From: Bacteroidales bacterium | Lineage (GTDB): Bacteria; Bacteroidota; Bacteroidia; Bacteroidales; UBA932 | Assembly: GCA_017446775.1 (NCBI GenBank) | Contig: JAFSQE010000001.1 | Coordinates: 81,954-145,953 of the forward strand | DNA length: 64,000 nucleotides | Direction: 5' to 3' | Made by a program: the position numbers and the translations under genes | Shown: positions 55,750 through 64,000 of the stretch, piece by piece | How positions within the stretch are numbered: position 1 is the first letter of the stretch | Layout: the number at the start of each line of letters is the position of its first letter | The notes under the pieces: generated by a model | The model's database searches: none | Seen by the model: the letters and a program-made list of their open reading frames with translations, nothing else | Told to the model about the DNA's origin: nothing

Positions 55750-57852
55750 ATAAATTATATTCATTTCATCAATAAGACGGCCGCAGCGGCCAAACTTATC
55801 TATTATCAGCAGCACGTAACGGATATCCACGCAGATGCACCGCTGCAGGTCGGGCTCGAAAAGGATGTCGCCCGACATCGATTCCCAGTTCCCGTCAAAG
55901 GCCAGGCCAATCAGGTTGCCGTCGCCATCCATCACCGGGCTGCCGCTGTTGCCGCCGGTAATATCGCCCGTCATTATAAAGCAGGCGGGCAGGCTGCCGT
56001 CGCTACGTGCATAGCGGCCAAAGTCGCGCGCAGTGTATATCTCTTTCAGCCGCCCGGGCACTACAAACTCCCAGTTGTCGGGGTCCTCTTTCTCCATAAC
56101 CCCCTTGAGTGTGGTGTAATAGTCGTACATGACACCATCCCTGGGGGAGTAGGATTTCACCTGGCCGTAGGTCAGGCGCATGGTAAAATTGGCGTCGGGA
56201 TACATTGCCGCACCCTTGTTTTTCTCTATCTGACCGGCGATATATGCCTTGCGTCCGGCGTTGAGCTTCTCGCCCGCCTTGCCGGCAGCGGCGGCGCGGT
56301 CACGATAAAGGTCCATCACCGCATTGTTGAGCTGTGCTGCGGGGTCCTCTGCCAGAAAAGCAGATGCATCGGGGCGGCTCATCGCCTGCGCCAGGGTTTC
56401 TCTGGAAGCAAATACCGATTTGGCGAACAGATCATCTACATAAGCTGCGATATCGCCGCCAAACTTCTCCACAACAGCCATATAGAGCACCGGCAGGGTC
56501 GCCAGGCCAACGCTGTCGCGGTAAATCTCTATCATGCGCACCGCCACCTTCTTGTCGGTTGCGGGGGAATAGTTCTTGTAAAAACGGTCGATGCGCTTCT
56601 CAAGAGAAGGGTCGCCCGCCATTGAAGATACCGCACCTCCAATCTGCCCGATCTCTATATTGGCCAGCGTCTCACGCAGATAGAGCATCGTCCGGCGGGC
56701 ATCGGCACGCTCGTTTACAGCCTGTGCGATATCATCCAGGGCTGTGCCGTATTTCTTCGTACGGCATTTCCGCTTGCCTGTCCACTGTATAAACTCGGCT
56801 TCGTTTGCAGCACGACGCCTCTCGACATCCAGTTTGCCAAAGGCCTCGTTCATCCCGATCCACTTTTTCCAGCCGTTGGTAGAGCCGCTGTATTTGCTGG
56901 CATACTGTATCTTAACCGCAGGGTCGGCGAGCATATCCTCCAAAAGAATCTTCTGGCGTTCTCCGCGGCAAAAGATGCACACCGCGTTGGTCAGATCGCG
57001 CTGCTCTGCCACCTCAAAGCTGGTCATAAAGCGGTTGGTAGAACCTGGATAGCCCATTATCATAGAGAAATCACCCTCCTCGACCCCTTTTATGGAGACG
57101 TTCAGGGCGCGACAGGGCTGGTAGGGGACATTGTCGGCAGAATAGGCCGCGGGGTTATTGTCCTTATCGGCATATATGCGGAACACAGAGAAGTCGCAGG
57201 TGTGGCGGGGCCACATCCAGTTATCTGTGTCAGCCCCGAACTTGCCGATAGAAGAGGGCGGTGCGCCCACGAACCTGATATCGTTAAAGCGCTTGTAGCC
57301 TATCAGGTAATAGGCATTGCCGCCAAAGAATGGGACAACGCTGGCGCTGATGTATTTGTCGGCCGCGGTAAGCGGGGCGGTAAGTTTTGCGGAGATATCG
57401 GCAAAAGCCTTCTCGAAATCTGCCCCGGAAAGACCTTTGGTGGCCTTTTCAACCCGCTCTGTGACGTCGGTGAAACTATCCAGGAAAGTCACCGACAGCC
57501 CCTCTACCGGGAGTTCTTCGCCAAGGGTCATGGCCCAGTAGCCGTCGGAGAGGTAGTTGTGCTCTACGCTGCTCAGGCTTTGGATAGAGCTGTATCCGCA
57601 GTGATGGTTGGTGAGCAGCAGCCCCTGGTTGGAAACCACCTCGCCGGTGCAGCCGCCGCCAAATATCACCACGGCGTCCTTGAGCGACGTGTGGTTGATG
57701 CTGTATATCTCATCTGCGCTGAGGCGGCAACCCATCTGCTGCATGGTTTTGATGTTCATTTTTTCCAGCAGCGGCAGCAGCCACATCCCCTCGTCGGCAG
57801 CTGCGAAAAGAGATACGCAGCCCGCCAGGATTATTGTAAGAAACTTTTTCAT
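55747..57852 (-). CDS. S46 family dipeptidyl-peptidase, DPP7/DAP BII type
   Basis: 701 aa with a signal peptide. The N-terminus is DEGMWL, the His motif is LTNHHCG and the Ser motif is TGGNSGSPV. The S1-pocket position reads FDGNWE (Gly). Confidence 0.85.
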   Translation of the reverse strand: MKKFLTIILAGCVSLFAAADEGMWLLPLLEKMNIKTMQQMGCRLSADEIYSINHTSLKDAVVIFGGGCTGEVVSNQGLLLTNHHCGYSSIQSLSSVEHNYLSDGYWAMTLGEELPVEGLSVTFLDSFTDVTERVEKATKGLSGADFEKAFADISAKLTAPLTAADKYISASVVPFFGGNAYYLIGYKRFNDIRFVGAPPSSIGKFGADTDNWMWPRHTCDFSVFRIYADKDNNPAAYSADNVPYQPCRALNVSIKGVEEGDFSMIMGYPGSTNRFMTSFEVAEQRDLTNAVCIFCRGERQKILLEDMLADPAVKIQYASKYSGSTNGWKKWIGMNEAFGKLDVERRRAANEAEFIQWTGKRKCRTKKYGTALDDIAQAVNERADARRTMLYLRETLANIEIGQIGGAVSSMAGDPSLEKRIDRFYKNYSPATDKKVAVRMIEIYRDSVGLATLPVLYMAVVEKFGGDIAAYVDDLFAKSVFASRETLAQAMSRPDASAFLAEDPAAQLNNAVMDLYRDRAAAAGKAGEKLNAGRKAYIAGQIEKNKGAAMYPDANFTMRLTYGQVKSYSPRDGVMYDYYTTLKGVMEKEDPDNWEFVVPGRLKEIYTARDFGRYARSDGSLPACFIMTGDITGGNSGSPVMDGDGNLIGLAFDGNWESMSGDILFEPDLQRCICVDIRYVLLIIDKFGRCGRLIDEMNIIY

Positions 57853-57853
57853 A

Positions 57854-59206
57854 TCAGACTATTATCAATATTGCGGTAGTGGCAATCACCACCGGAGCTA
57901 TGTATTTTATCACGAAGAACAATGCCGATGCCAGATTTTTGGAGACGCGTATCGTGCCGCCGGCCGTTATCTCGTCTGTAAAAGCATCCTTGCCCATTAT
58001 CCAGCCCACGCAAATCACCGTAAGCAGGCCGCCGGTAGTCATCAAAAAGTTGGAAGAGACATAGTCCAGCTGGTCAAAGATGTTCAGACCGGCCACGGTC
58101 ACACCGCTCAGGACCCCCTGCGAAAGGGAGCAGACGCTGCCGGTGACGGTTAGTATAAGTGCCACAATGGCGGCGCTCGTGGTGCGCTTTTTACCGGTGA
58201 TGCTCATAAGCGACGATGTGATGACCTCGAACAGCGACACCGCCGACGACACCGCGGCAAGGAACAGTGCAAAGAAGAACAGCACAGAGCAGACCCCGCC
58301 CAGCGGCATCTGGGTAAAGATTTGCGGCAGGGTGACAAACACCAGCCCCGCCCCCTGCGAGGGATTGACCCCGAAGGCGAACACGGCAGGCATTATGGCG
58401 CATCCCGCAATCAACGCAAAAAAGGTATCGCTCACCGATATAATGGCGGCGCTCCTGGTGAGGTTGCTGCTGCGGGGGGTGTATGCCCCGTATGTTATCA
58501 TCATGCAGGCGCCCAGACTCAGCGAGAAAAAGCTCTGCCCCAGAGCCGCCAGCAGGGAATCGAATGTAAAAGAGGAGAAGTCGGGACGGAACAGGTACTC
58601 TATGCCCGCTTTCGCCCCGGGAAGGGTGATGCTGCGGATCCCGATTAAAATGATTAGCACGAACAGCATCGGCATCATAAGTTTGGATGTCCTCTCTATG
58701 CCCTTCTGAACCCCGAGCATTATGATGACGATGGTGAGGAATATAAAGGTGATGCTGTATACGATGGGAGAAATGCTGCCGGAGGTAAAGGCGCCGAACA
58801 TGGCGGCGCTGTCTATCACCGCCCCGCGGTGGAACTGCCACATACAGGAGAGCATCATGTATTTGATGGTCCATCCGCCAACCACCACGTAGAACGACAT
58901 TATCATCAGGCAGGTAATCATGCCCAGGATGCCGGCTGTGCCCCACCCCTTGCGGCCGGTGACCTTGCGGTAGGCCTCTGCCGGAGCGCCCCCGCCACGA
59001 CGCCCTATCACACTTTCTGCCAGCAGGATAGGTATGCTGATAAGGGCTGTAAGTGCCAGATAAACTATAATGAATGCGGCACCGCCGTTCTGCCCCACCA
59101 GGTAGGGGAAACGCCACAGGTTGCCCAGCCCTATGGCCGAGCCGACCGCCGCCGCCACCATCCCGAAATTGCTTGTAAAACTATCTTTGCTCCGATGCTC
59201 TGTCAT
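57854..59206 (-). CDS. Sodium-dependent transporter, neurotransmitter:sodium symporter (NSS/SNF) family
   Basis: About 450 aa and polytopic. The TM1 signature is AVGSAIGLGNLWRFPY. I chose the start at ATG 59206 (MTEHRSKDSF), which overlaps folA by 26 nt. ATGs at 59239 or 59161 are alternatives. Confidence 0.8.
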   Translation of the reverse strand: MTEHRSKDSFTSNFGMVAAAVGSAIGLGNLWRFPYLVGQNGGAAFIIVYLALTALISIPILLAESVIGRRGGGAPAEAYRKVTGRKGWGTAGILGMITCLMIMSFYVVVGGWTIKYMMLSCMWQFHRGAVIDSAAMFGAFTSGSISPIVYSITFIFLTIVIIMLGVQKGIERTSKLMMPMLFVLIILIGIRSITLPGAKAGIEYLFRPDFSSFTFDSLLAALGQSFFSLSLGACMMITYGAYTPRSSNLTRSAAIISVSDTFFALIAGCAIMPAVFAFGVNPSQGAGLVFVTLPQIFTQMPLGGVCSVLFFFALFLAAVSSAVSLFEVITSSLMSITGKKRTTSAAIVALILTVTGSVCSLSQGVLSGVTVAGLNIFDQLDYVSSNFLMTTGGLLTVICVGWIMGKDAFTDEITAGGTIRVSKNLASALFFVIKYIAPVVIATTAILIIV

Positions 59207-59672
59207 AAACCTTGAATTCAAATTGCAGGTTGCTGACAACGTCCGTCATCATCTCGCTTTTGGAAACCAGTTTCCAATCTTCCGGATTGATGAACGGGAA
59301 GAATGTGTCAGCATCCTTTATCACCGTGTGGACACGGGTCAGATAGAGCCTGTCGGCCATAGCCAGAGCTTTGGAATAAAGCCTCCCGCCACCTATCACA
59401 AACACCTCGCCCTTTGCCGTTTTCAACGCCTCCTGCAGGGATTTTACCACCGTTGCCCCCTCCTGAGAAGGCAGGGTGGCGCTCACCACTATGTTATTGC
59501 GGTTTTTAAGTGGGCGGCAGCCGATGGACTCCCATGTGCGGCGCCCCATCACTATCGTGTGTCCGCTGGTGACCTGCTTGAAATATGCCAGATCTGCGGC
59601 GATGTGCCACGGCATGTCGCCGCCACGGCCTATCGCCAGATTGTCACTTACTGCAACTATAATACTTATCAT
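59181..59672 (-). CDS. folA: Dihydrofolate reductase
   Basis: 163 aa; MISIIVAVSDNLAIGRGGDMPW, VMGRRTWESI, VIGGGRLY. Confidence 0.9.
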   Translation of the reverse strand: MISIIVAVSDNLAIGRGGDMPWHIAADLAYFKQVTSGHTIVMGRRTWESIGCRPLKNRNNIVVSATLPSQEGATVVKSLQEALKTAKGEVFVIGGGRLYSKALAMADRLYLTRVHTVIKDADTFFPFINPEDWKLVSKSEMMTDVVSNLQFEFKVYDRASEQR

Positions 59673-59679
59673 AAGGCTG

Positions 59680-60474
59680 TTATACTGCTACCGGGGCCTT
59701 GATTGCAGGCCACGGGTCATACCCTTCAAGGGTAAAATCTTCATATTTGAAAGCGAATATATCCTTCACGTCGGGGTTGATCTTCATCTGCGGCAGCGGC
59801 CTGGGCTCGCGCTCCAGCTGGGTCGCCACCTGCTCGAAATGGTTGCGGTAGATGTGCACATCGCCAAAGGTGTGCACAAAATCGCCGGGGGTGTAACCGG
59901 TCACCTGCGCCATCATCATGGTAAGCAGCGCATAAGAGGCGATGTTGAACGGCACCCCAAGAAAGACATCGGCAGAGCGCTGATAGAGCTGGCAGCTGAG
60001 ACGCCCGTCGGCCACATAAAACTGGAACAGGCTGTGACACGGGGGCAGCGCCATCTTGTCTACCTCCGCCACATTCCAGGCAGAGACTATATGGCGCCGG
60101 CTGTCGGGATTGTTTCTGAGCGATTCCACCACATTCTTAAGCTGGTCTATATGGCCTCCGTCGGGGGTCGGCCAGCTGCGCCACTGGTGGCCGTACACGG
60201 GGCCCAGGTCGCCATTTTCATCGGCCCATTCGTCCCAGATCGAGACCTTGTTGTCGTGCAGGTATTTGATGTTGGTGTCGCCCGCAATAAACCAGAGCAG
60301 CTCGTGGATTATAGAGCGCAGATGCACTTTCTTGGTTGTGAGCAGAGGGAAGCCCTCCTGCAGGTTGAAGCGCATCTGGTAGCCGAACACGCTCTGGGTG
60401 CCCACGCCGGTGCGGTCGCTCTTCATCGTGCCGTTGGCGCGGATATGCCGTAACAGGTCAAGATATTGTTTCAT
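59680..60474 (-). CDS. thyA: Thymidylate synthase
   Basis: 264 aa; [15 protein letters not shown], the active-site segment [12 protein letters not shown], and [18 protein letters not shown]. Confidence 0.95.
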   Translation of the reverse strand: MKQYLDLLRHIRANGTMKSDRTGVGTQSVFGYQMRFNLQEGFPLLTTKKVHLRSIIHELLWFIAGDTNIKYLHDNKVSIWDEWADENGDLGPVYGHQWRSWPTPDGGHIDQLKNVVESLRNNPDSRRHIVSAWNVAEVDKMALPPCHSLFQFYVADGRLSCQLYQRSADVFLGVPFNIASYALLTMMMAQVTGYTPGDFVHTFGDVHIYRNHFEQVATQLEREPRPLPQMKINPDVKDIFAFKYEDFTLEGYDPWPAIKAPVAV

Positions 60475-60498
60475 GGAACAGTCGATGGGTTATCCGTA

Positions 60499-60506
60499 CA
60501 AATATA
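60499..60506 (-). promoter_or_regulatory. -7 promoter box (TATATTTG on the minus strand) for thyA-folA-NSS-S46
   Basis: Exact TAnnTTTG match 25 nt upstream of ATG 60474. Confidence 0.4.
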
Positions 60507-60517
60507 GTGGTTTTCGG

Positions 60518-61510
60518 TCAAAAAGTTGCGCGTAGAATGGCGACAATGGGCAGATGGTCGCTCGCGCCGACGTTATAGCGCGGGCCGATGCTGGTGCGTC
60601 GCGGCTTTTTCCCAAGGAAAGAACGGTCGTCTTCCAGCAGAAAATCGGGGCGGAATATCTCTGCGCGGGCGTTCGCGGCCAGAAGGGGCGATACCAGCAT
60701 CTGGTCTATCGTCTCCCATTTGCCCTTGTAGCGGATGGTGCCGCCGGCAAGGTCCCGGGTAAGATTTTTCAGGTTCTGCCGTCGGCACAAGGCGGTTATC
60801 GACGGCGCGTCGGGGGTATCGTTCAAATCGCCCATTACAAGGATGCCGGCACCCGGATCTGCCCGTGTCAGGGAGTCCAGAGTGTTCTCCAGCGCGCAGA
60901 TTACCGCCTCCCGCTTGATTTCGGACGCCGCTGCGCCGCCGTATTTGCTGGGCCAGTGGTTCAAGAAGATGTGGAGGGTGTCCGGCTCCGGGAGAACATC
61001 AGCCCCCGGGAGGGTATCCGGCTCCGTCTCCCCGCCTCGCATGGCCACCTTGGCATAGAGTATCTCGCGGGTGGCAAATCCGCTTATGGTGATAAAGCCG
61101 CAGATAAGCACCTTAACCCGAGAGGGGTCGTAAAGCAGCGCCACATCAATCCCACGCGGGTCGGGACTTTCCCGATGAATCGTCCGGTAGCGGGTTTTAG
61201 CCAGCGGCGTATCCTCTGCAAGGGTGCGCAGCACCGCACCGTTCTCCACCTCGCACAGCCCCACGATAGCCGGCAGGCGGCCGCCAAAACACTCTGCAGA
61301 GACGATAATCGTCTTGGCAATCAGGTTGCGCTTGGCCTCAAAGCGGCGCTTGCTCCAGCGGTATTCACCGCGGGGCGTGAACGCCTCATCGACCGTAGCG
61401 GGGTCGTCAAAAGTGTCAAAAAAATTCTCTACGTTCCAGCAGAATATCTGGGCCTTAGCCCCAATCGCGGCCAGAAAGGCCACTATGACTACCGCACATA
61501 TCTTTCTCAT
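60518..61510 (-). CDS. Secreted endonuclease/exonuclease/phosphatase (EEP) family protein
   Basis: 330 aa with a signal peptide. EEP motifs are present: WNVENFF, GLCEVEN, RGIDVALLY, NHWPSK, GDLND and SDHLP. Confidence 0.8.
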   Translation of the reverse strand: MRKICAVVIVAFLAAIGAKAQIFCWNVENFFDTFDDPATVDEAFTPRGEYRWSKRRFEAKRNLIAKTIIVSAECFGGRLPAIVGLCEVENGAVLRTLAEDTPLAKTRYRTIHRESPDPRGIDVALLYDPSRVKVLICGFITISGFATREILYAKVAMRGGETEPDTLPGADVLPEPDTLHIFLNHWPSKYGGAAASEIKREAVICALENTLDSLTRADPGAGILVMGDLNDTPDAPSITALCRRQNLKNLTRDLAGGTIRYKGKWETIDQMLVSPLLAANARAEIFRPDFLLEDDRSFLGKKPRRTSIGPRYNVGASDHLPIVAILRATF

Positions 61511-61535
61511 ACGGCCAAATTAGGCATTTTTTTGA

Positions 61536-61543
61536 TATATTTG
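61536..61543 (+). promoter_or_regulatory. -7 promoter box (TATATTTG) for ychF-aspS
   Basis: Exact TAnnTTTG match 27 nt upstream of ATG 61570. Confidence 0.4.
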
Positions 61544-61569
61544 TGATTCGTTTCAAAAGATAGCGGCAG

Positions 61570-62673
61570 ATGTCACTCAAATGCGGAATCGTAGGACTGC
61601 CAAACGTGGGCAAGTCGACACTTTTCAACTGTATCAGCTCTTCCAAGGCGCAGAGCGCAAACTTCCCGTTCTGCACCATAGAGCCCAACATAGGGAGCTG
61701 CAACGTGCCCGACGAGCGGCTGGGCGTGCTTGAAAACCTGGTGCATCCGCGCCTCGTGGTGCCCGCCACCGTAGAGATTGTGGATATTGCAGGGCTTGTG
61801 CGGGGCGCAAGCCGCGGCGAGGGGCTGGGCAACCAGTTCCTGGCCAACATCCGAGAGACCGACGCCATAGTGCACGTGCTCCGCTGCTTTGACGACGACA
61901 ACATCACCCACGTAGACGGCGCCGTGGATCCGGTGCGCGACAAGGAGGTCGTGGACCTGGAGCTGCAGATAAAAGACCTGGAGACGGTATCCAACCGCAT
62001 GGAGAAGGTGCGCAAGCAGGCCAGCGTCGGGGGCGACAAAACCGCCAAAAAGGCACTGGAGATGCTTGAAAAGTACAAGGCCGTGCTGGAGCAGGGGCGC
62101 AACGCCCGCGAAGTGGTTCCGGAGAACCCCGACGAGGAGAAACTCGCAAAGGAGTTTTGCCTGCTGACCTGCAAGCCGGTGCTGTACGTATGTAATGTCG
62201 ATGAAAACTCCGCCGCAGCCGGCAACGCCTACACCGCAGCCGTGGCAGAGGCTATCAAGGACGAGGATGCCGGGATGATGATTATCGCCGCCAAGATAGA
62301 GAGCGAGATTGCAGAGCTGGAGAGCTACGAAGAGCGGCAGATGTTCCTGGAAGAGATCGGCCTGGAGCACAGCGGCGTAGAGCGGCTGATCCAGGCTGCA
62401 TACGATTTGCTTGGCCTGCAGACCTATTTCACCGTGGGCGAGCCGGAGGTGCGCGCCTGGACAATCCGCAAGGGCGACAAGGCTCCCCGCGCTGCCGGCG
62501 TAATCCACACCGATTTTGAAAAGGGCTTTATCCGCGCCGAAGTTATCAAATACGACGATTTTGTCAATCTTGGCAGCGAGGCCGCCTGCCGCGCCGCCGG
62601 CCGTCTGGGCAGCGAAGGGAAAGAATATGTGGTGCAGGACGGCGATATAATGCACTTTTTGTTTAACGTATAA
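61570..62673 (+). CDS. ychF: Redox-regulated ribosome-binding ATPase YchF
   Basis: 367 aa; [20 protein letters not shown], and a TGS-like C-terminus ([15 protein letters not shown]). Confidence 0.95.
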   Translation: MSLKCGIVGLPNVGKSTLFNCISSSKAQSANFPFCTIEPNIGSCNVPDERLGVLENLVHPRLVVPATVEIVDIAGLVRGASRGEGLGNQFLANIRETDAIVHVLRCFDDDNITHVDGAVDPVRDKEVVDLELQIKDLETVSNRMEKVRKQASVGGDKTAKKALEMLEKYKAVLEQGRNAREVVPENPDEEKLAKEFCLLTCKPVLYVCNVDENSAAAGNAYTAAVAEAIKDEDAGMMIIAAKIESEIAELESYEERQMFLEEIGLEHSGVERLIQAAYDLLGLQTYFTVGEPEVRAWTIRKGDKAPRAAGVIHTDFEKGFIRAEVIKYDDFVNLGSEAACRAAGRLGSEGKEYVVQDGDIMHFLFNV

Positions 62674-62692
62674 ACCTAATTATCAACAATAT

Positions 62693-64000
62693 ATGTACAG
62701 AACGCATACTTGTGGAGAATTGAGATTGAGCGACGCCGGCAAAACCGTGACTCTGGCCGGCTGGGTGCAGCGCATCCGCAAAATGGGAGGCATGAGCTTC
62801 ATTGACCTGCGCGACCGCTACGGCATCACGCAGCTGGTGGTAGATGACGCCTCCAGCGACGCCGTAAAGGAGAATCTGGCCAAGCTGGGCCGCGAGGCTG
62901 TGATACAGGCCGTTGGCAAGGTAGCAGAGCGCCAGAGCAAGAACGCAAAGATAGACACCGGAGACATAGAGATAATCCTCTCTGATATCAACATCCTTAA
63001 CCTCTCCGCCACCCCGCCCTTCACCATAGAAGACAACAGCGACGGCGGCGAAGAGCTGCGGGCAAAATACCGCTACCTGGATTTGCGACGCAACCCCTTG
63101 AAGAATGCGCTGATGCTCCGCCACAAAATAGCCCACGAAGTGCGCAATTATCTTGACGCACAGGGCTTTATGGAGATAGAGACCCCTTATCTGATAAAGA
63201 GCACCCCGGAGGGCGCCCGCGACTTTGTGGTGCCCAGCCGCATGAACCCCGGCGAGTTCTACGCCCTGCCGCAAAGTCCCCAGACCTTCAAGCAGCTGCT
63301 TATGGTGGCTGGCTACGACCGATACTTCCAGATTGTACGCTGCTTCCGCGACGAAGACCTGCGTGCCGACCGTCAGCCGGAGTTCACCCAGATAGACTGC
63401 GAGATGAGCTTTGTAGAGCAGGAGGATGTGCTTGGCGTATTCGAAGGGATGATGCGTACCCTGTTCAAGAACGTACTCGGAGTGGAGATTGCCAACCCGA
63501 TACCCCGCATCAGCTGGTACGACGCGATGGACCGCTACGGCAGCGACAAGCCCGACATCCGCTTTGGCATGGAGATTCACGAAATATCCGACCTTGTGAA
63601 GGGGTGCGGCTTTGGCGTGTTTGACAGCGCAGAATATATCGGCGCAATTGCCGTGCCAGCTGCGGCAGAATATACCAGAAAGCAGCTGGACGAGCTCACA
63701 GAGTGGGTAAAACGGCCGCAGGTGGGAGCCAAGGGGCTGGTTTACATCAAACTGAACCCCGACGGCAGCATCAAATCATCTGTAGATAAATTCTACACGC
63801 CGGAGCAGCTGCAGGCCATTGCCGCAAAGGCGGGCGCCGCCACCGGAGACCTGGTGCTGGTGCTTTGCGGGGCCAAACGCAATACGCAGACCATGCTGGG
63901 CGTGCTCCGTCTGGAGATGGCCGGCCGCCTGGGTCTTCGCAAGCCCAATGAGTTCGCCCCCCTATGGGTTGTGGACTTCCCGCTGCTCGAGTGGAGCGAA
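62693..64000 (+). CDS. aspS: Aspartate--tRNA ligase (3' end beyond the window)
   Basis: My own translation from ATG 62693 is open to the window end (436 codons), which is why it is absent from the ORF track. It carries [20 protein letters not shown] and the class II motifs FYALPQSPQ and [18 protein letters not shown]. Confidence 0.95.
   Translation, partial: MYRTHTCGELRLSDAGKTVTLAGWVQRIRKMGGMSFIDLRDRYGITQLVVDDASSDAVKENLAKLGREAVIQAVGKVAERQSKNAKIDTGDIEIILSDINILNLSATPPFTIEDNSDGGEELRAKYRYLDLRRNPLKNALMLRHKIAHEVRNYLDAQGFMEIETPYLIKSTPEGARDFVVPSRMNPGEFYALPQSPQTFKQLLMVAGYDRYFQIVRCFRDEDLRADRQPEFTQIDCEMSFVEQEDVLGVFEGMMRTLFKNVLGVEIANPIPRISWYDAMDRYGSDKPDIRFGMEIHEISDLVKGCGFGVFDSAEYIGAIAVPAAAEYTRKQLDELTEWVKRPQVGAKGLVYIKLNPDGSIKSSVDKFYTPEQLQAIAAKAGAATGDLVLVLCGAKRNTQTMLGVLRLEMAGRLGLRKPNEFAPLWVVDFPLLEWSE

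Noticed and set aside
53950-56625. 891-aa plus-strand ORF, the longest unexplained ORF in the track, spanning the antisense of the EF-G paralogue, an intergenic spacer and the S46 peptidase
   Set aside because: It has no motifs and a His/Val/Gly/Ala/Leu-rich composition. It crosses a predicted promoter and two unrelated genes that both have unambiguous family signatures on the other strand. It is a GC-driven shadow ORF.
1-64000. Search for CRISPR arrays, IS elements or transposases, integrases, phage or defence genes, tRNA/rRNA, riboswitches (for example SAM upstream of metX, or a leu leader) and invertible promoters
   Set aside because: No spacer-repeat periodicity is present and no ORF has transposase, integrase or nuclease-helicase hallmarks. 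The intergenic regions are too short (mostly under 110 bp) and are filled by promoter and terminator elements. The 120-bp region before metX holds only a terminator and a promoter box. By-eye screening cannot exclude very small or highly divergent elements.

Overview
Gene-dense chromosomal segment (almost entirely coding, in eight alternating strand blocks) from a high-GC Bacteroidota genome that looks Bacteroidales-like. The supporting evidence is SusC/SusD pairs, TAnnTTTG -7 promoter boxes upstream of most operons, an S46 peptidase and an EF-G2-type paralogue. Contents from left to right are as follows. (1) A minus-strand operon: leuC, leuD, a leuA/cimA-family gene, leuB, an S41 protease and an AroD-AroA fusion ORF. 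The fusion ORF runs off the left edge and is missing from the ORF track. (2) A starch/maltodextrin PUL: malQ, an SLC45-like MFS transporter, susC, susD and a susE/F-like gene, then a terminator and new promoter, then a susG-like GH13 and a second GH13. (3) An isolated fragment of the S10 ribosomal-protein operon (rplC-rplD-rplW-rplB-rpsS-rplV-rpsC) with no rpsJ upstream and no rplP downstream. (4) secG, an lptE-like gene and a sensor-less sigma-54 activator. (5) A lipoprotein of unknown function. (6) metX-thrA-asd. (7) Two tandem paralogous susC/susD pairs with no enzyme or regulator. (8) A PspC-domain / PadR / PspC-domain module. (9) lepA, tkt, and an ECF sigma / anti-sigma-like / periplasmic protein triad. 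(10) A tRNA m6A methyltransferase-like gene, a lolD-like gene, an EF-G paralogue with a degenerate GTPase centre, a DPP7-type S46 peptidase, an NSS transporter, folA, thyA and an EEP-family protein. (11) ychF and aspS, the latter running off the right edge. I recognised no rRNA, tRNA, CRISPR array, IS element, integrase or phage gene. The many long ORFs antisense to these genes are GC-driven shadow ORFs. I do not see a clear-cut novel multi-gene system. The most unusual items are the AroD-AroA fusion, the orphaned S10-operon fragment, the EF-G paralogue, the PadR/PspC module and the enzyme-less tandem SusC/D locus.
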